Below, piece by piece: positions 36,406 through 46,716 of a DNA stretch of 53,159 nucleotides. The notes below the pieces were generated by a model. That model ran no database searches. It had not been told where the DNA came from and worked only from the letters and a program-made list of their open reading frames with translations. The position numbers and the translations under genes were made by a program. The stretch spans positions 1 to 53,159 of the forward strand of contig JAQBHB010000111.1 of the NCBI GenBank assembly GCA_032128115.1, given 5' to 3'. Source of the DNA: Deltaproteobacteria bacterium (lineage in GTDB: Bacteria; Myxococcota_A; UBA9160; SMWR01). The first letter of the stretch is position 1; each line of letters opens with the position of its first letter.

Positions 36406-38403
36406 ATGACGGTGCAGCGGGATCGCGCAAATCCCTGTCGTCTCGCCGCCCTGGGCATGGTCAACGCTCTGGGCGGAGACCTCGCCGAGATCGCATCCCA
36501 CCTGCTCGCTGGCGATCAGTCGCACTTCACCCGCCGACTCGATCTGGTGCCCGAGCGCAGCCTCGTGCTTGGCGCCGTGTCCAGCCCGCTTCCAGCGATC
36601 CCGTCCGGACTCGAGGACTTCGCCTGTCGCAACAACGCCATGGCCCTGGCGGCCCTTCGCCAGATCGAATCCCGGATCTCGGCCGTGCGCGAGTCCGTGG
36701 GCGGCGACCGGATTGCGGTGGTAATGGGCACCAGCACGTCCGGGGTCGGCGACGCGGAGTCGGCGATCCGACACCGGCAGCAGGCCGGCGTCTTCCCAGC
36801 TTCGTTCCGCTACGCCCAGCTGGAGTTCGGCGGCGCCGCCGGCTTCGTGGCCGGCGTCCTCGGCGTGACCGGCCCCACCTTCACGCTCTCGACGGCGTGC
36901 TCCTCGGGGGCGCGCGCCCTGGCCACGGCGCGTTCGCTGTTGGCCCTGGGCGTTTGCGACGCGGTGGTGGCAGGGGCCTGCGACTCCCTCTGCGGCCTCA
37001 CCACCAACGGATTCAGCGCGCTGCAGGCGGTGAGCGAGGGCGTGACCAATCCGTGCAGTGTGAATCGCAAGGGCATCACGTTGGGAGAGGGGGCGGCGCT
37101 CTTCCTGGTGACGCGTGAGGCCGGGGGGATCCAGCTGCTCGGGGTGGGCGAGTCGAGCGAGGCCCACCACATGTCGGCACCCGAGCCCGGTGGTGCCGGA
37201 GCCGAGGTGGCCATGCGCGTCGCGCTGCGCGATGCCGGGGTCGAACCCGGGGACGTGGCGTACCTGAACCTGCACGGAACCGGTACGCCGCTCAACGACA
37301 GCATGGAATGTGAGGCGGTGGCGCGCGTGTTCGGCACGGAACTTCCGTGCAGCTCCAGCAAGGCCCTGGTGGGTCACACCCTGGGAGCCGCGGGCGCCAT
37401 GGAGGCAGGCTTCTGCTGGCTCATGCTGGACGCTTCGGATTCCGGATCGCTCCCGCTGATCCCCCACTGCTGGGATGGCGAGCGCGATCCGAAGATTCCC
37501 AAGCTGCGCTTTCCCGGCGCCGGCGAATCGGTTCCCGCCGGCGATCCGACGCTTCTCGTGACCAACTCGTTCGGCTTCGGGGGCAACAACTGCACGCTGG
37601 TGCTGGGCCGCTCGAGGCAGGCCGAGGTTCGGGCTTCCGGCGTGGCGCCGGCGCTGCGGGCGCAGCCGGTGTCGCTTCGAGCCCACGTCCGCCGCTGGGC
37701 TGCCTGGGCGCCAGACCTGAGCCAAGCCGCGGCCTGGCGGGCCTGGGCCAAGGAGCCCTGCGCCGTGGCGGCCGGAGGCCATCCGGACGCGAAGTTCCTG
37801 CCCTCCCTGCTGCGGCGTCGCTGCACACCGTTGAGCCGGATCTTCCTGACCGCGGCCTTCGACTGCCTCGACGCGGACGAACTCTGCGAGGTGCGCACCG
37901 TTTTCGCGTCCCGCCACGGCAGCGTGAACGAGTCGCTCGACCTGCTGGAGTCGATCGCGCGGGGCGAGCGGATCCGGCCGGCGGTGTTCAGTCACACGGT
38001 GCACAACGCCCAGGCGGGCCTGTTCTCCATCGCCGCCGGGAACCGGCACTCGTCCAGTTCGCTCTCGGCGGCGGCCGACCTGACGGGCAGCGCGGTTCTG
38101 GAGGCACTGGCCCATCTGGAACGCGAGCCCGATCGGCCGGTGCTCGTCGTGATCGGCGATGTCCCGCTGGCGCCGGCGTTCGAAAAGCTGGTGGGCGAGC
38201 CGTCCGCGTCCTACGCGGTGGCGCTGCTATTGGCCTGCGACGGGCCGGGGACGCAGATCTCGCTGGCCTGCGAGCCGGGCGCCAGCGACGCGCAGCCGCG
38301 CGAGTGGCCCGAGGCCCTGGAGTGGCTGCGGTGGTTCCTGTCCGACGAGCCGGAACTGGTGCTGGGACGATCCGAGCGCCGTTGGCGCTGGACCCGCGTC
38401 TAG
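36406..38403 (+). CDS. Beta-ketoacyl-ACP synthase (ApeO-like) fused to a chain-length factor (ApeC-like)
   Basis: The KS part has STACSS, HGTGT, GHTLGAAG and NSFGFGGNN (ends about 37617). It continues in frame into WAAWAP, RRRCTPLSR, VFASRHG and PAVFSHTVHNA (CLF-like); 665 aa. Confidence 0.87.
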   Translation: MTVQRDRANPCRLAALGMVNALGGDLAEIASHLLAGDQSHFTRRLDLVPERSLVLGAVSSPLPAIPSGLEDFACRNNAMALAALRQIESRISAVRESVGGDRIAVVMGTSTSGVGDAESAIRHRQQAGVFPASFRYAQLEFGGAAGFVAGVLGVTGPTFTLSTACSSGARALATARSLLALGVCDAVVAGACDSLCGLTTNGFSALQAVSEGVTNPCSVNRKGITLGEGAALFLVTREAGGIQLLGVGESSEAHHMSAPEPGGAGAEVAMRVALRDAGVEPGDVAYLNLHGTGTPLNDSMECEAVARVFGTELPCSSSKALVGHTLGAAGAMEAGFCWLMLDASDSGSLPLIPHCWDGERDPKIPKLRFPGAGESVPAGDPTLLVTNSFGFGGNNCTLVLGRSRQAEVRASGVAPALRAQPVSLRAHVRRWAAWAPDLSQAAAWRAWAKEPCAVAAGGHPDAKFLPSLLRRRCTPLSRIFLTAAFDCLDADELCEVRTVFASRHGSVNESLDLLESIARGERIRPAVFSHTVHNAQAGLFSIAAGNRHSSSSLSAAADLTGSAVLEALAHLEREPDRPVLVVIGDVPLAPAFEKLVGEPSASYAVALLLACDGPGTQISLACEPGASDAQPREWPEALEWLRWFLSDEPELVLGRSERRWRWTRV

Positions 38404-38415
38404 TCCGTCCCCGTT

Positions 38416-39660
38416 TTAGCGACCGAAGATCAGCGAGGTGTTGACGCCGCCGAAGGCGAAGTTGTTCGACACGACCCGGTCCACGTGCAGCTCGCGGGGT
38501 TCGTGTTGGATGTGATCGAGGCCCTGGCACGCCGGATCGACGCGGTCGAGATTCAGGGTCGGGGCGAACCAGCCCTCGCGCATCATCTGGATGGTCATCC
38601 AGGCCTCCAGGGCGCCGCACGCGCCCAGGGTATGGCCCATGAATCCCTTCAGGGAGCTCACCGGCGTGGCGGCGCCGAAGACGTTGGATGTGGCGCGACT
38701 CTCGGCCGCGTCACCGATGGCAGTAGCCGTGGCGTGGGCGTTCACATAGCCGATGTCCGCGGGCCGCAGGCCCGCGCCGGAAAGCGCCAGCTCCATCACG
38801 CGCTGCATTCCCGCCGGATCGGGCCGCATCAGCTCGAAGCCGTCACAGCTGGTGGCGTAGCCCACGATCTCCGCCAGGATCGGCACGCCGCGGGCGCGCG
38901 CGTGCTCCCGCTCCTCCAGGATCAGGGTGGCGGCTCCCTCTCCCACTACGAGCCCGTCCCGGTCCACGTCGAAGGGGCGCGGCGTGGTCGTCGGGGCGTC
39001 GTTGCGAGTCGACGTGCCCATGGCCCGGTCGAAGACCGCGACGAACATGGGGTGGAATTCCTCGGCGCCGCCGCATGCCATCAGATCCTGGTAGCCGTGC
39101 CGGATGGTCTCGTAGCCGAGCCCGATGGCCTGGCTTCCGGACGTGCAGGCGCTGCAGGTGGGCACCACCCGACCGGTGATGCCGAAGAACTGGGCCACGT
39201 TGGCGGCGCACGTGTGGCTCATCATGCGGGTGTACTGCAGGGGCACCACCAGCTTGGCGTTCTTCGCCGGGCCGAAAGCGCTCCCGAACGCGATGATCTC
39301 CGGCGCGCTACCCGTGGCTGAGCCGTAGGCGAGCCCCAGGCGGCCATCGCGCACCGCGTCCGTGTCCAGGAGCAGGGCGTCCGCGAGCGCCAGCTCGGTG
39401 GCGCGGGTTGCCAGCACGGAGCAGCGGCCCATTCCCCGGATCTTCTTGCGGGTGTAGTGGGCCGGTGTCTCGAAGTCATCCAGGCAGCCGCCGAGCCGCG
39501 TCTTGATGCCCGCGTACTCGTCGAATACGGGCCGCACGCTGATGCCGGAGCACCCGGTCCGGAGCTTCTCGCGAACCTGCTTCCATTCGTGGCCCAGCGG
39601 GCTGAGTCCGGCCATACCGGTGACCACCACGCGTCGATCGGTGGGGGAGTGCGGGCTCAC
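38416..39660 (-). CDS. Beta-ketoacyl-ACP synthase (ApeR/FabF-like)
   Basis: RVVVTGMAGLSPLG, SACTSGSQAIG, NAHATAT, GHTLGACGALE and SNNFAFGGVN. Confidence 0.92.
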   Translation of the reverse strand: MSPHSPTDRRVVVTGMAGLSPLGHEWKQVREKLRTGCSGISVRPVFDEYAGIKTRLGGCLDDFETPAHYTRKKIRGMGRCSVLATRATELALADALLLDTDAVRDGRLGLAYGSATGSAPEIIAFGSAFGPAKNAKLVVPLQYTRMMSHTCAANVAQFFGITGRVVPTCSACTSGSQAIGLGYETIRHGYQDLMACGGAEEFHPMFVAVFDRAMGTSTRNDAPTTTPRPFDVDRDGLVVGEGAATLILEEREHARARGVPILAEIVGYATSCDGFELMRPDPAGMQRVMELALSGAGLRPADIGYVNAHATATAIGDAAESRATSNVFGAATPVSSLKGFMGHTLGACGALEAWMTIQMMREGWFAPTLNLDRVDPACQGLDHIQHEPRELHVDRVVSNNFAFGGVNTSLIFGR

Positions 39661-40367
39661 TGGGCGGGAGGCTCCATTCCCAGCTCCCTGCGCTTGTCCC
39701 GGATATACGCGACCGTGCGTCGACCCTGTGTCGTGTTCTTGGCGGGAAGCAACGTCGCCCAGATCCGATCCACGGGGCCGCCCGGGTAGTAACGGAAGAA
39801 GGACTTTCGCACCACGAACTCGACGGCGAACAGCAGGGTCATCGCCCCGATCAGGATCCAGCTCGTATACGCCCGCCACCAGCCGACGGGCGCCAGGATC
39901 GCCAGTCCGGCGATGCAGAGGGCATTGAGGGCGAAGAAGGCGGCCCAGACGAGGGTCGTCTTGCGACAATAGGGTCCGATGAAGTCCGGTGCGTGGGGTT
40001 GCAACAGCCGGGCCCCGCGTTCGATCAGCGACACCGGCTCGCGGAGCGACATCCAGAACACCGTGAACAGCACCCACTGGGCCAGTGCCGGAATCAGCTG
40101 CAGGAAGACCCGCTGGTCGAACAGGATCGCCGCCGCCAGCAGGGCGCCCAGGAGCGCCTGATGCATCCGCGACGCCGGCAACGACCACGCGCCCCGACGG
40201 GTCAGGGGAATGGCGCCAATGGCCAGGGCCGCGATCCCGAACGCGACGCCCCGGGCGCCCGCCCGGGAAAGCGCCAGCTCGAGCAGCGCCGGATACACCA
40301 ACACCAGGGCCAGCGTGGCCGGCACCAGAAGCAGCAGCGCGGGGGGTCGCCGCAGGCTTTCGATCAT
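39657..40367 (-). CDS. Membrane protein (ApeG/COG4648-like)
   Basis: Multi-TM with SLIERGAR and Y.RK.T.VW..FF..N; located inside the aryl polyene operon. Confidence 0.72.
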   Translation of the reverse strand: MIESLRRPPALLLLVPATLALVLVYPALLELALSRAGARGVAFGIAALAIGAIPLTRRGAWSLPASRMHQALLGALLAAAILFDQRVFLQLIPALAQWVLFTVFWMSLREPVSLIERGARLLQPHAPDFIGPYCRKTTLVWAAFFALNALCIAGLAILAPVGWWRAYTSWILIGAMTLLFAVEFVVRKSFFRYYPGGPVDRIWATLLPAKNTTQGRRTVAYIRDKRRELGMEPPAQ

Positions 40368-40382
40368 GGATCCTCGCTGGAG

Positions 40383-41951
40383 TCAGGCGAGCGGCTGCTC
40401 GCCAATGAAGGAGGTGAGGGGAAGCGGCGCGCGGGTTTTGGCACCGCCGTCACCGATCAACGCGAGAGCTTGCTCGCGCACGATGTTGAAGATCTGGGCG
40501 GTCTTGTCCATGGTCTCCCGGCGCGAACGTGGCATTCCCACCTCTTCGACAAAATCGATATTCGTGAGACCGTGATAGAAATTGCCCCGGTTCCCCCGGT
40601 AGTACTCCCCCCGGTGCCGAAGAGCCGACTCGGTCTTGCGGAACAGGTCGCCGAAGTTCTGGAGCGCGCGCAGGATGAACGGCATCTGCCGCATCTGCCT
40701 GCGCAGCCAGCGCAGGTCCAGGTGTTCGTCGCGCATGTACGGGTCGAGCCAGAGGTTGTAGTAGCAGCCCACGTCGAAGTCCCACTTCATCCGCATCAGG
40801 TCGTAGCTTCCGATCATTCCGTAGAGACCACGGTACAGCATGAGAGCTGCCTCGTGACGTGCCGACATGAAGCGGTTGTAGAGTTCGCAGCGCGACTCGA
40901 GGTCGCTGGCGGACTCGCCGCTCACGTCGCGCTGGATCAGGTCGGTGAGGAAGTCGTTTTCCAGGGCAATGAAGTCCGAACCCGGGCTGTAGAGTGGGTC
41001 GGCGGCGGTTGCGGATTCGCCGGTCAATCCCCAGCGGTCCGTGTGGAAGAATCGCTGCGTCCCGAATGCGATCTGGGTGAAGCTGCCCACGTCGATGGCC
41101 TTGGCCGGCCGCAGCAGGTCGCGGATCGCGCGGTGGGAATCCAGGAAGGCCCGGAAGCCGTCGGCGGTGCGCAGCGTGGCATCGCGAACGGCACACTCGC
41201 CTACCACGCCGACACTGGTAACGCCCTGGCGCAGCGGGATGAACCAGATCCAGTATCCCGGGTAGCAGAAGTGAAGCGTCGACAGCTCGCGATGGGTATG
41301 GCGCACGCGACTGCGAAAATCCTCGGAGCCCAGGCTGTCCGCATCGGCCACCCCCTCGAAGCGGCCCCAGACCGAACCGACGTGGTGGATGGGCTCGCGC
41401 TGGCGAAGGTTGCGGGTGCGCGCCACCAGTCCGGTCCGACCGGCTGCGTCCACCAGCCAGCGGGCCCGGTAGCGCGTGGTGCCCGAGTCGCCGCTGGCGT
41501 CGAAGGCGTGGGCGTCGCCGTTCTCTCCGATCTCGATCCGGCCCACGCGAACGCCGGTCTGCACGCGCACCCCGTCGGCGCGATTCATGTCGAGCAGGTC
41601 CGCCTCCATCCGCGCCCGGTCGATCTGGAAGGCCGGGTGGAAGGGCAGGTTCACCGTTCCCATCTCGCTCATGTCTTCGAGTTCGGAATTGCAGCTGGGG
41701 TCGTCGAAGAAGTAACGGAGCCCGTTCTTGGGGAGTTGGTGTTCGTAGAGGTAGCGCGAGAGGCCCTGGCGGCGGATCAGGTAGTTGCTGGCGATCTCGA
41801 CGGTGGACTCGCCCACTTTGTACGAGGGCTCCCGCGAGCGTTCGAACAGGCCCACGGAGACGTCGGGCGCGCTGAGGCGCAGCTGGCGAGCCAGCAGGTT
41901 CCCGGCGAAACCGCCTCCAAGAATCGCGACGTCGAGCTCAGCGCGGCCCAC
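40383..41951 (-). CDS. Flavin-dependent halogenase-like oxidoreductase
   Basis: DVAILGGGFAG, KVGEST, PKNG, FQIDRARME, VDAAGR, WIWFIPL (WxWxIP) and DPLYSPG. Confidence 0.82.
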   Translation of the reverse strand: MGRAELDVAILGGGFAGNLLARQLRLSAPDVSVGLFERSREPSYKVGESTVEIASNYLIRRQGLSRYLYEHQLPKNGLRYFFDDPSCNSELEDMSEMGTVNLPFHPAFQIDRARMEADLLDMNRADGVRVQTGVRVGRIEIGENGDAHAFDASGDSGTTRYRARWLVDAAGRTGLVARTRNLRQREPIHHVGSVWGRFEGVADADSLGSEDFRSRVRHTHRELSTLHFCYPGYWIWFIPLRQGVTSVGVVGECAVRDATLRTADGFRAFLDSHRAIRDLLRPAKAIDVGSFTQIAFGTQRFFHTDRWGLTGESATAADPLYSPGSDFIALENDFLTDLIQRDVSGESASDLESRCELYNRFMSARHEAALMLYRGLYGMIGSYDLMRMKWDFDVGCYYNLWLDPYMRDEHLDLRWLRRQMRQMPFILRALQNFGDLFRKTESALRHRGEYYRGNRGNFYHGLTNIDFVEEVGMPRSRRETMDKTAQIFNIVREQALALIGDGGAKTRAPLPLTSFIGEQPLA

Positions 41952-41982
41952 GAACTCCCACTCCAAGGTTGCGGCGGCGCGA

Positions 41983-42729
41983 TCATAGCATCCCGCCGTT
42001 GACCGAGAGGACCTGACCCGTCACATAGCCCGCCCCGTCGCCGAACAGATAGGAGACTGCGGAAGCCACCTCTTCGGGGCGCCCAAGGCGCCGCATGGGC
42101 ACGAGGGCGCGCACATGCTGGGCCACCTCGTCGCTCAGCATGTCCGTCTCGATCAGGCCTGGGGCGACACAATTTACTGTGATGGCGCGCTTGGCAAGCT
42201 CCTGGGCCAGAGCCTTGGCGGCGCCGATCAAACCGGCTTTCGATGCGCTGTAGTTGACCTGTCCCCGGTTGCCGGCCAGACCCGCCACGGAAGAGATGGC
42301 GACGATGCGTCCGCCGTGGTGGGCCCGGACCATCGCCATCACCAGGGGGTGAAGCACGTTGTAGAAACCGTCCAGGTTCGTTCGCAGGACACGATCCCAT
42401 TGCTCGCCGGAGAGCGATGGGAAGGCGGCGTCGTCGTGAACGCCCGCATTGCACACCGCACCGTAGAAACTCCCGTTCGCCGCCATCTCGGTCCGGATGG
42501 CTTCGGCACACGCCTCGCGATCCGCCACATCGAACGGAAGCAGCGTCGCGCTGCCGCCTTCCCTCTCGATGACCGTCAGGGTTTCTTCGGCCGAAGCCTT
42601 GTTCCGCTGGTAGTTGAGGACCACCGGAAAGCCGTCTCGGGCCAGGGCCAGGGCGATGGCCCGACCGATGCCCCGACTGGCGCCGGTTATCAGCACCCGA
42701 CGCGGCAGATCGTCGCCGACTTCAGCCAC
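41983..42729 (-). CDS. fabG: 3-oxoacyl-ACP reductase (ApeQ/FabG-like)
   Basis: VLITGASRGIG, CNAG, GNRGQVNYSASKAG and YVTGQVLSVNGGML. Confidence 0.92.
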   Translation of the reverse strand: MAEVGDDLPRRVLITGASRGIGRAIALALARDGFPVVLNYQRNKASAEETLTVIEREGGSATLLPFDVADREACAEAIRTEMAANGSFYGAVCNAGVHDDAAFPSLSGEQWDRVLRTNLDGFYNVLHPLVMAMVRAHHGGRIVAISSVAGLAGNRGQVNYSASKAGLIGAAKALAQELAKRAITVNCVAPGLIETDMLSDEVAQHVRALVPMRRLGRPEEVASAVSYLFGDGAGYVTGQVLSVNGGML

Positions 42730-43189
42730 GGCGGGTGTGCCCGGTGGCGCCGGCCAGTTCTTCGGGGGCGTAGAAGCTGAGCCGGGCATCGGCCAGCGTG
42801 CGCTCCCCGTCCCGAATCGAGCACTGGAACGCCGCCGCCCGGCCGCTTCCCGCCACGGGACGAACGGTTACCTGGAGCTCGGATCCGGGGGCGAAGCTCT
42901 CGGTGTAGAGATCGATGCGGCGAACGCCCAGGAGCAGGGCGGCAGGCGGCGTCTCCCGGGAAGCATTTCGCAGGAGCAGGCCGCCATGGGCGGCGCAACA
43001 CTGCGCCATGTACTCGATGGACACCCATGCGGGCACCCGGCCGTCGGGTCCGCGGAACCACTCGTGATCGTCCGGCGCGACGGCGCAGGTGGTCGACTCG
43101 CCGTCGTGATCGAGGATGCGATCCAACAGGGCCATTGGGCCGGACTGGGGGAGGATCGCGTCCAGCGCGGGGTGCGGGGAATCGCTCAT
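42722..43189 (-). CDS. Hotdog-fold dehydratase (ApeP-like)
   Basis: ATG 43189; LPQSGPMALLD, VPAWVSIEYMAQ and LLGVR. Confidence 0.85.
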   Translation of the reverse strand: MSDSPHPALDAILPQSGPMALLDRILDHDGESTTCAVAPDDHEWFRGPDGRVPAWVSIEYMAQCCAAHGGLLLRNASRETPPAALLLGVRRIDLYTESFAPGSELQVTVRPVAGSGRAAAFQCSIRDGERTLADARLSFYAPEELAGATGHTRRG

Positions 43190-44910
43190 GTCGGCTCCGC
43201 GGTTTCGGGCTCGCCGTTGATCGGGGCGTTCCAGAACTCGTAGAAGTTCATCCACTGGTGGGGCGCCCGGACACAATACTCCTCCAGCACGCGCACGTAG
43301 GCGGCGCATAGCTCGCGCGCTCGCTTGTCCCGATCCCGGTGGGGGGCCCCGGGTTTCATGTCCAGGGGCTTCGTCATCAGGTCGTAGGTCGCATTGCCGG
43401 TGCGAAGGGACATGGACACCAGGAGAGGGCAGCCGAGCACGCTGGCCAGCAGGAACGCTCCCAGCGGAAACGGGGCGGGTTTCCCCAGGAACGGCACGAA
43501 TGCGTGCTTCTCCCGGCCACCCGGGGCAAGGCGGTCCGCCAGGATTCCCACGAACTCGCCGCGCTCGATGCACGCCCGGATCTCGAACGCGGTGCGAATC
43601 GACCCGGGCTCGAACGCCAGCACCTGGACGGAGCTCCCAGGATCGAGCCGCTCGAAAAACGAATTGATTCGGGCGGCGTTCCCGGTGAACATGAGCACAT
43701 TCACTTTGAGTCCGTGGGCAGCCGCGACCGTGCGCAGCATGTCGAAGCTGCCCACGTGTGAACCCAGCAGAATCGCCCCGCGCTTCTCCTGGGCCAGTTC
43801 GAACAGCAGCTCGCTGCCCGAGTGGCTGAAGCTCATCAGATCGCTGCCGCCGCCAAACACCACCAGCCGGTCGAAGATGTTCATGGCGAACTCGAAAATG
43901 TGGCGATAGACGTCGCGGTTCGTGGGCGGATGTCCCAGGGCTTGGCGGCCAAGGGGTGTGGCGTAAAGGGTCTGGAGGTACTCGCGCGACACGCGTCGCG
44001 CCGTGCGGTTGCGCACGAAGAAGTAGGCGGCCGCGGCGTAGACGATGGGGAGGCACGCCCGGCGACCCACCGCCCGGTAGAGTCGGGTCACGAATCGCAG
44101 GCCCACCAGCGACCCTCGCTCGGCGACTTCCGACCAGTTGCGCCAGTTCTCCCGCGACGTCCGGGCTGCTCCCGGCGAGCGCGCAAGAGCCCGCCGCAAC
44201 AGACGCGGCGATCGCCACAGCATGCCCGCAAGCAGGCGCACGTAGAGCCAGGCCATTCGCAGGGTGTCGAGGACGTTGCGGAAGTGCGACAGGCCTCCCT
44301 CCGGATACACCACCCGGGTGGAGACGTTCGCGATGGGCGCGCCGGCCCAGAACATGCGGACCGCGAGGTCGGGATCGAAGTCCATCTGGCTGCCGACGCG
44401 GACGTTGTCGATCACGGAGAGGGCGGTGGCCAGCGGCATGGCGCGATAGCCGCAAAGGGGGTCGCGGATCTCCAGCGACAAGGTCGAGAGCCATACCAGC
44501 CCTCGGGAGAACTGGCGTGCGAAGATCCGGCTCCTGGGTGCGCTCGCGTCGAAGATGGGATTGCCCACTACCAGGGCGTTCGGGTCTTGTCGCATGGCCG
44601 CAACGAAGCGCGGGACGTCGGCCGGGTCGTGCTGGGCGTCGGCGTCCAGATGGACCAGGTGGGTGAAGCCGCGATTCCAGGCGATGCGAAGTCCGGTTTG
44701 CACGGCCACGCCGCGGCCTCCGTTGTGTTCGCGCCGGTGCACCTGGACCCACGGGTGATCCCGCGCCACGCTCTCGAGCTCCGTCCGGGTGGCCTCGTGG
44801 CTCCCGTCGTCGACGATCAGGCAGGGAAGCTCCGCGGGAGCCAGTGCCTCCACGACGCGCCGGATCGTGCTGCCGTGGTCGTAGCAGGGAATCAGGACGC
44901 AGATCTTCAC
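43186..44910 (-). CDS. GT2 glycosyltransferase fused to a lipid-A-type acyltransferase (ApeJ-like)
   Basis: N-terminal LIPCYDH, IVDDGS, LDADAQH; C-terminal W...ERG, SHVGSFD, ILADR and PHQWMNFYEFW. Confidence 0.9.
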   Translation of the reverse strand: MKICVLIPCYDHGSTIRRVVEALAPAELPCLIVDDGSHEATRTELESVARDHPWVQVHRREHNGGRGVAVQTGLRIAWNRGFTHLVHLDADAQHDPADVPRFVAAMRQDPNALVVGNPIFDASAPRSRIFARQFSRGLVWLSTLSLEIRDPLCGYRAMPLATALSVIDNVRVGSQMDFDPDLAVRMFWAGAPIANVSTRVVYPEGGLSHFRNVLDTLRMAWLYVRLLAGMLWRSPRLLRRALARSPGAARTSRENWRNWSEVAERGSLVGLRFVTRLYRAVGRRACLPIVYAAAAYFFVRNRTARRVSREYLQTLYATPLGRQALGHPPTNRDVYRHIFEFAMNIFDRLVVFGGGSDLMSFSHSGSELLFELAQEKRGAILLGSHVGSFDMLRTVAAAHGLKVNVLMFTGNAARINSFFERLDPGSSVQVLAFEPGSIRTAFEIRACIERGEFVGILADRLAPGGREKHAFVPFLGKPAPFPLGAFLLASVLGCPLLVSMSLRTGNATYDLMTKPLDMKPGAPHRDRDKRARELCAAYVRVLEEYCVRAPHQWMNFYEFWNAPINGEPETAEPT

Positions 44911-46694
44911 GCCTTCGACTCGGGTGCCGACGCCAGCCGGAACCGGCCCGAAGAGAACATCCGGTCGCCGTCGAAGAGTCGGAACCGGAGTCTGTCGCCG
45001 TCTCGCTCGACTTCCAGATAGAAGGCGTCGCCGGGCCGCAGAACCGAGTGGAACTTGAGCGCCTCCATGCTCGCCACGCGGGGGGGTGCGCCGAGCAGGA
45101 CCGTGGCCGCGTCCATCACCCAGCGCACCTGCACCACACCCGCCACCACGGGCATATCCTCGAAGTGGCCGTCCAGGAAGGCCAGGTCCGGGGGCACCTC
45201 CATGCGCCGTTGCAGGTGGCGCGCGTCCCGCAGCTCTTCGTACAAGATGGGAGATGTTCTTGCCCCACGCGACCGGTTGCGGAGGATCGATTCCAGTGCG
45301 GCCCGCGAGGTCTTGCCCTGGGCGTCTCGGGGAAGCTCGTCCACGTAACGCCAGCTGCGCGGAAACAACACCCGATCCCAGTAGCTCCCCAGGTGTTCGC
45401 TGAGAGCGCTGGCCACGGCGCGCCGGCCCTGGCTTCGAAGCTCGTTGCGTCCCGCGGTGGTCGCCACCACCACGGCGCCGACGCGTGTCTGGGTTCCGTG
45501 CCCGGTGGCCACCAGTCGCGCTTCGGACACGAAGCGGTGGCGCTCCAGGAACTGCTCCATCTCGGGGAGGGAGAGTCGTTTGTCACCGATCTTCACAACC
45601 CGGTCCGAGCGACCCAGGAGGTCGAAGCTGCCATCCGGGTGGGCCTCGATCCGGTCCGCCATGGCAAAGCGCTGGCCGTCTTCACCCGCCACGGCACTTC
45701 CGACGCTCACGAACGGGGAACGCAACACGAGGCGGCCGTCGGCTTGCGGGGGCTCGATGTGCACCCGGGCCAGCGGCGTCCAGGCGCTGGCGCTGCCGCC
45801 GGGTTTCTGTTGACGCCAGGCCACGCCTCCCGTCTCGGTGGATCCGAAGATCTCGTAGGGAGCGGTGCCCACCGCTTCCGCCACACGGGTGGCGGTGTCG
45901 CTTTCCAGAGGGCTTCCCGAGGAGAAGAGGGCGCGACAGCCGGCGCGCAGATGCGAGAACCCATCCAGGCTGCACATCCGCCGCAGGTGCACCGGGGTGG
46001 TCGCCAGGACGAACGAGTCGCTCTCCAGCATTCGGGGAAAAAGCTCCTCGGGGTGCAGGAACGTCTCGCTGCGGAAGGGTCGACCGGCGGCGAGGGGCCA
46101 CAGCACCCGGAATAGCAGGCCGTAGAGGTGTTGGTGCGAAACCGTGGAGAAGACCCGGGTAGATTCGCTGCAGGCGGCGCCGAAGTTCTCCTCGAGCACC
46201 TCGATCTCATCTTCCAGGTGGCGAAGCGCCTTGGGGATCGGCTTGCCCTCGCCGGTGCTGCCGGATGTGAGCAGTTCGACGAATGGCGCCCCGCGGTCGA
46301 GCCTTGCGAAGCGGGGATTCGAATGGGGTGCCGAACCCAGCGGATGGAGGGTGGGCAGACTGCCGAGTTCACGCGCCCGGAACCCGGGATCCAGGATGGC
46401 GCCGGTCACGTCGCACGCCAGACGCCGAAGCATGTCGGGCTGGCGGTTGGGCGCGAGCACCGCTTTCGAGCCCGTGTGGGCCAGGGCCAACAGGGCGACG
46501 GCGCAGCCGTAGCTGTTCTCGGTGGAGACGAGCCAACGTCCGGGGCCCCGCCGGGCGATCTGCTCGGCCAGCGCGCCCACCCGTCCCCTCAGGTCTGCGA
46601 AGTCGCGGACGCCGTGGCGATCGATCGCAACCGGGGCATCGAGCGGGCGGCCCTCGTAAAGCAGGCGCGAGATCGGCGTGAGGTCTCGAGACAT
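44907..46694 (-). CDS. Acyl-ACP/CoA ligase (AMP-binding) with C-terminal hotdog dehydratase domain (ApeH-ApeI-like)
   Basis: TSGSTGEGK, VSHQHLYGLLF, FGSTETGGVAWR and GRSDRVVKI; C-terminal FLDGHFEDMPVVAGVVQ...LKF. Confidence 0.88.
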   Translation of the reverse strand: MSRDLTPISRLLYEGRPLDAPVAIDRHGVRDFADLRGRVGALAEQIARRGPGRWLVSTENSYGCAVALLALAHTGSKAVLAPNRQPDMLRRLACDVTGAILDPGFRARELGSLPTLHPLGSAPHSNPRFARLDRGAPFVELLTSGSTGEGKPIPKALRHLEDEIEVLEENFGAACSESTRVFSTVSHQHLYGLLFRVLWPLAAGRPFRSETFLHPEELFPRMLESDSFVLATTPVHLRRMCSLDGFSHLRAGCRALFSSGSPLESDTATRVAEAVGTAPYEIFGSTETGGVAWRQQKPGGSASAWTPLARVHIEPPQADGRLVLRSPFVSVGSAVAGEDGQRFAMADRIEAHPDGSFDLLGRSDRVVKIGDKRLSLPEMEQFLERHRFVSEARLVATGHGTQTRVGAVVVATTAGRNELRSQGRRAVASALSEHLGSYWDRVLFPRSWRYVDELPRDAQGKTSRAALESILRNRSRGARTSPILYEELRDARHLQRRMEVPPDLAFLDGHFEDMPVVAGVVQVRWVMDAATVLLGAPPRVASMEALKFHSVLRPGDAFYLEVERDGDRLRFRLFDGDRMFSSGRFRLASAPESKA

Positions 46695-46716
46695 GGGGCG
46701 GGGGTCGCCGGCGTCG

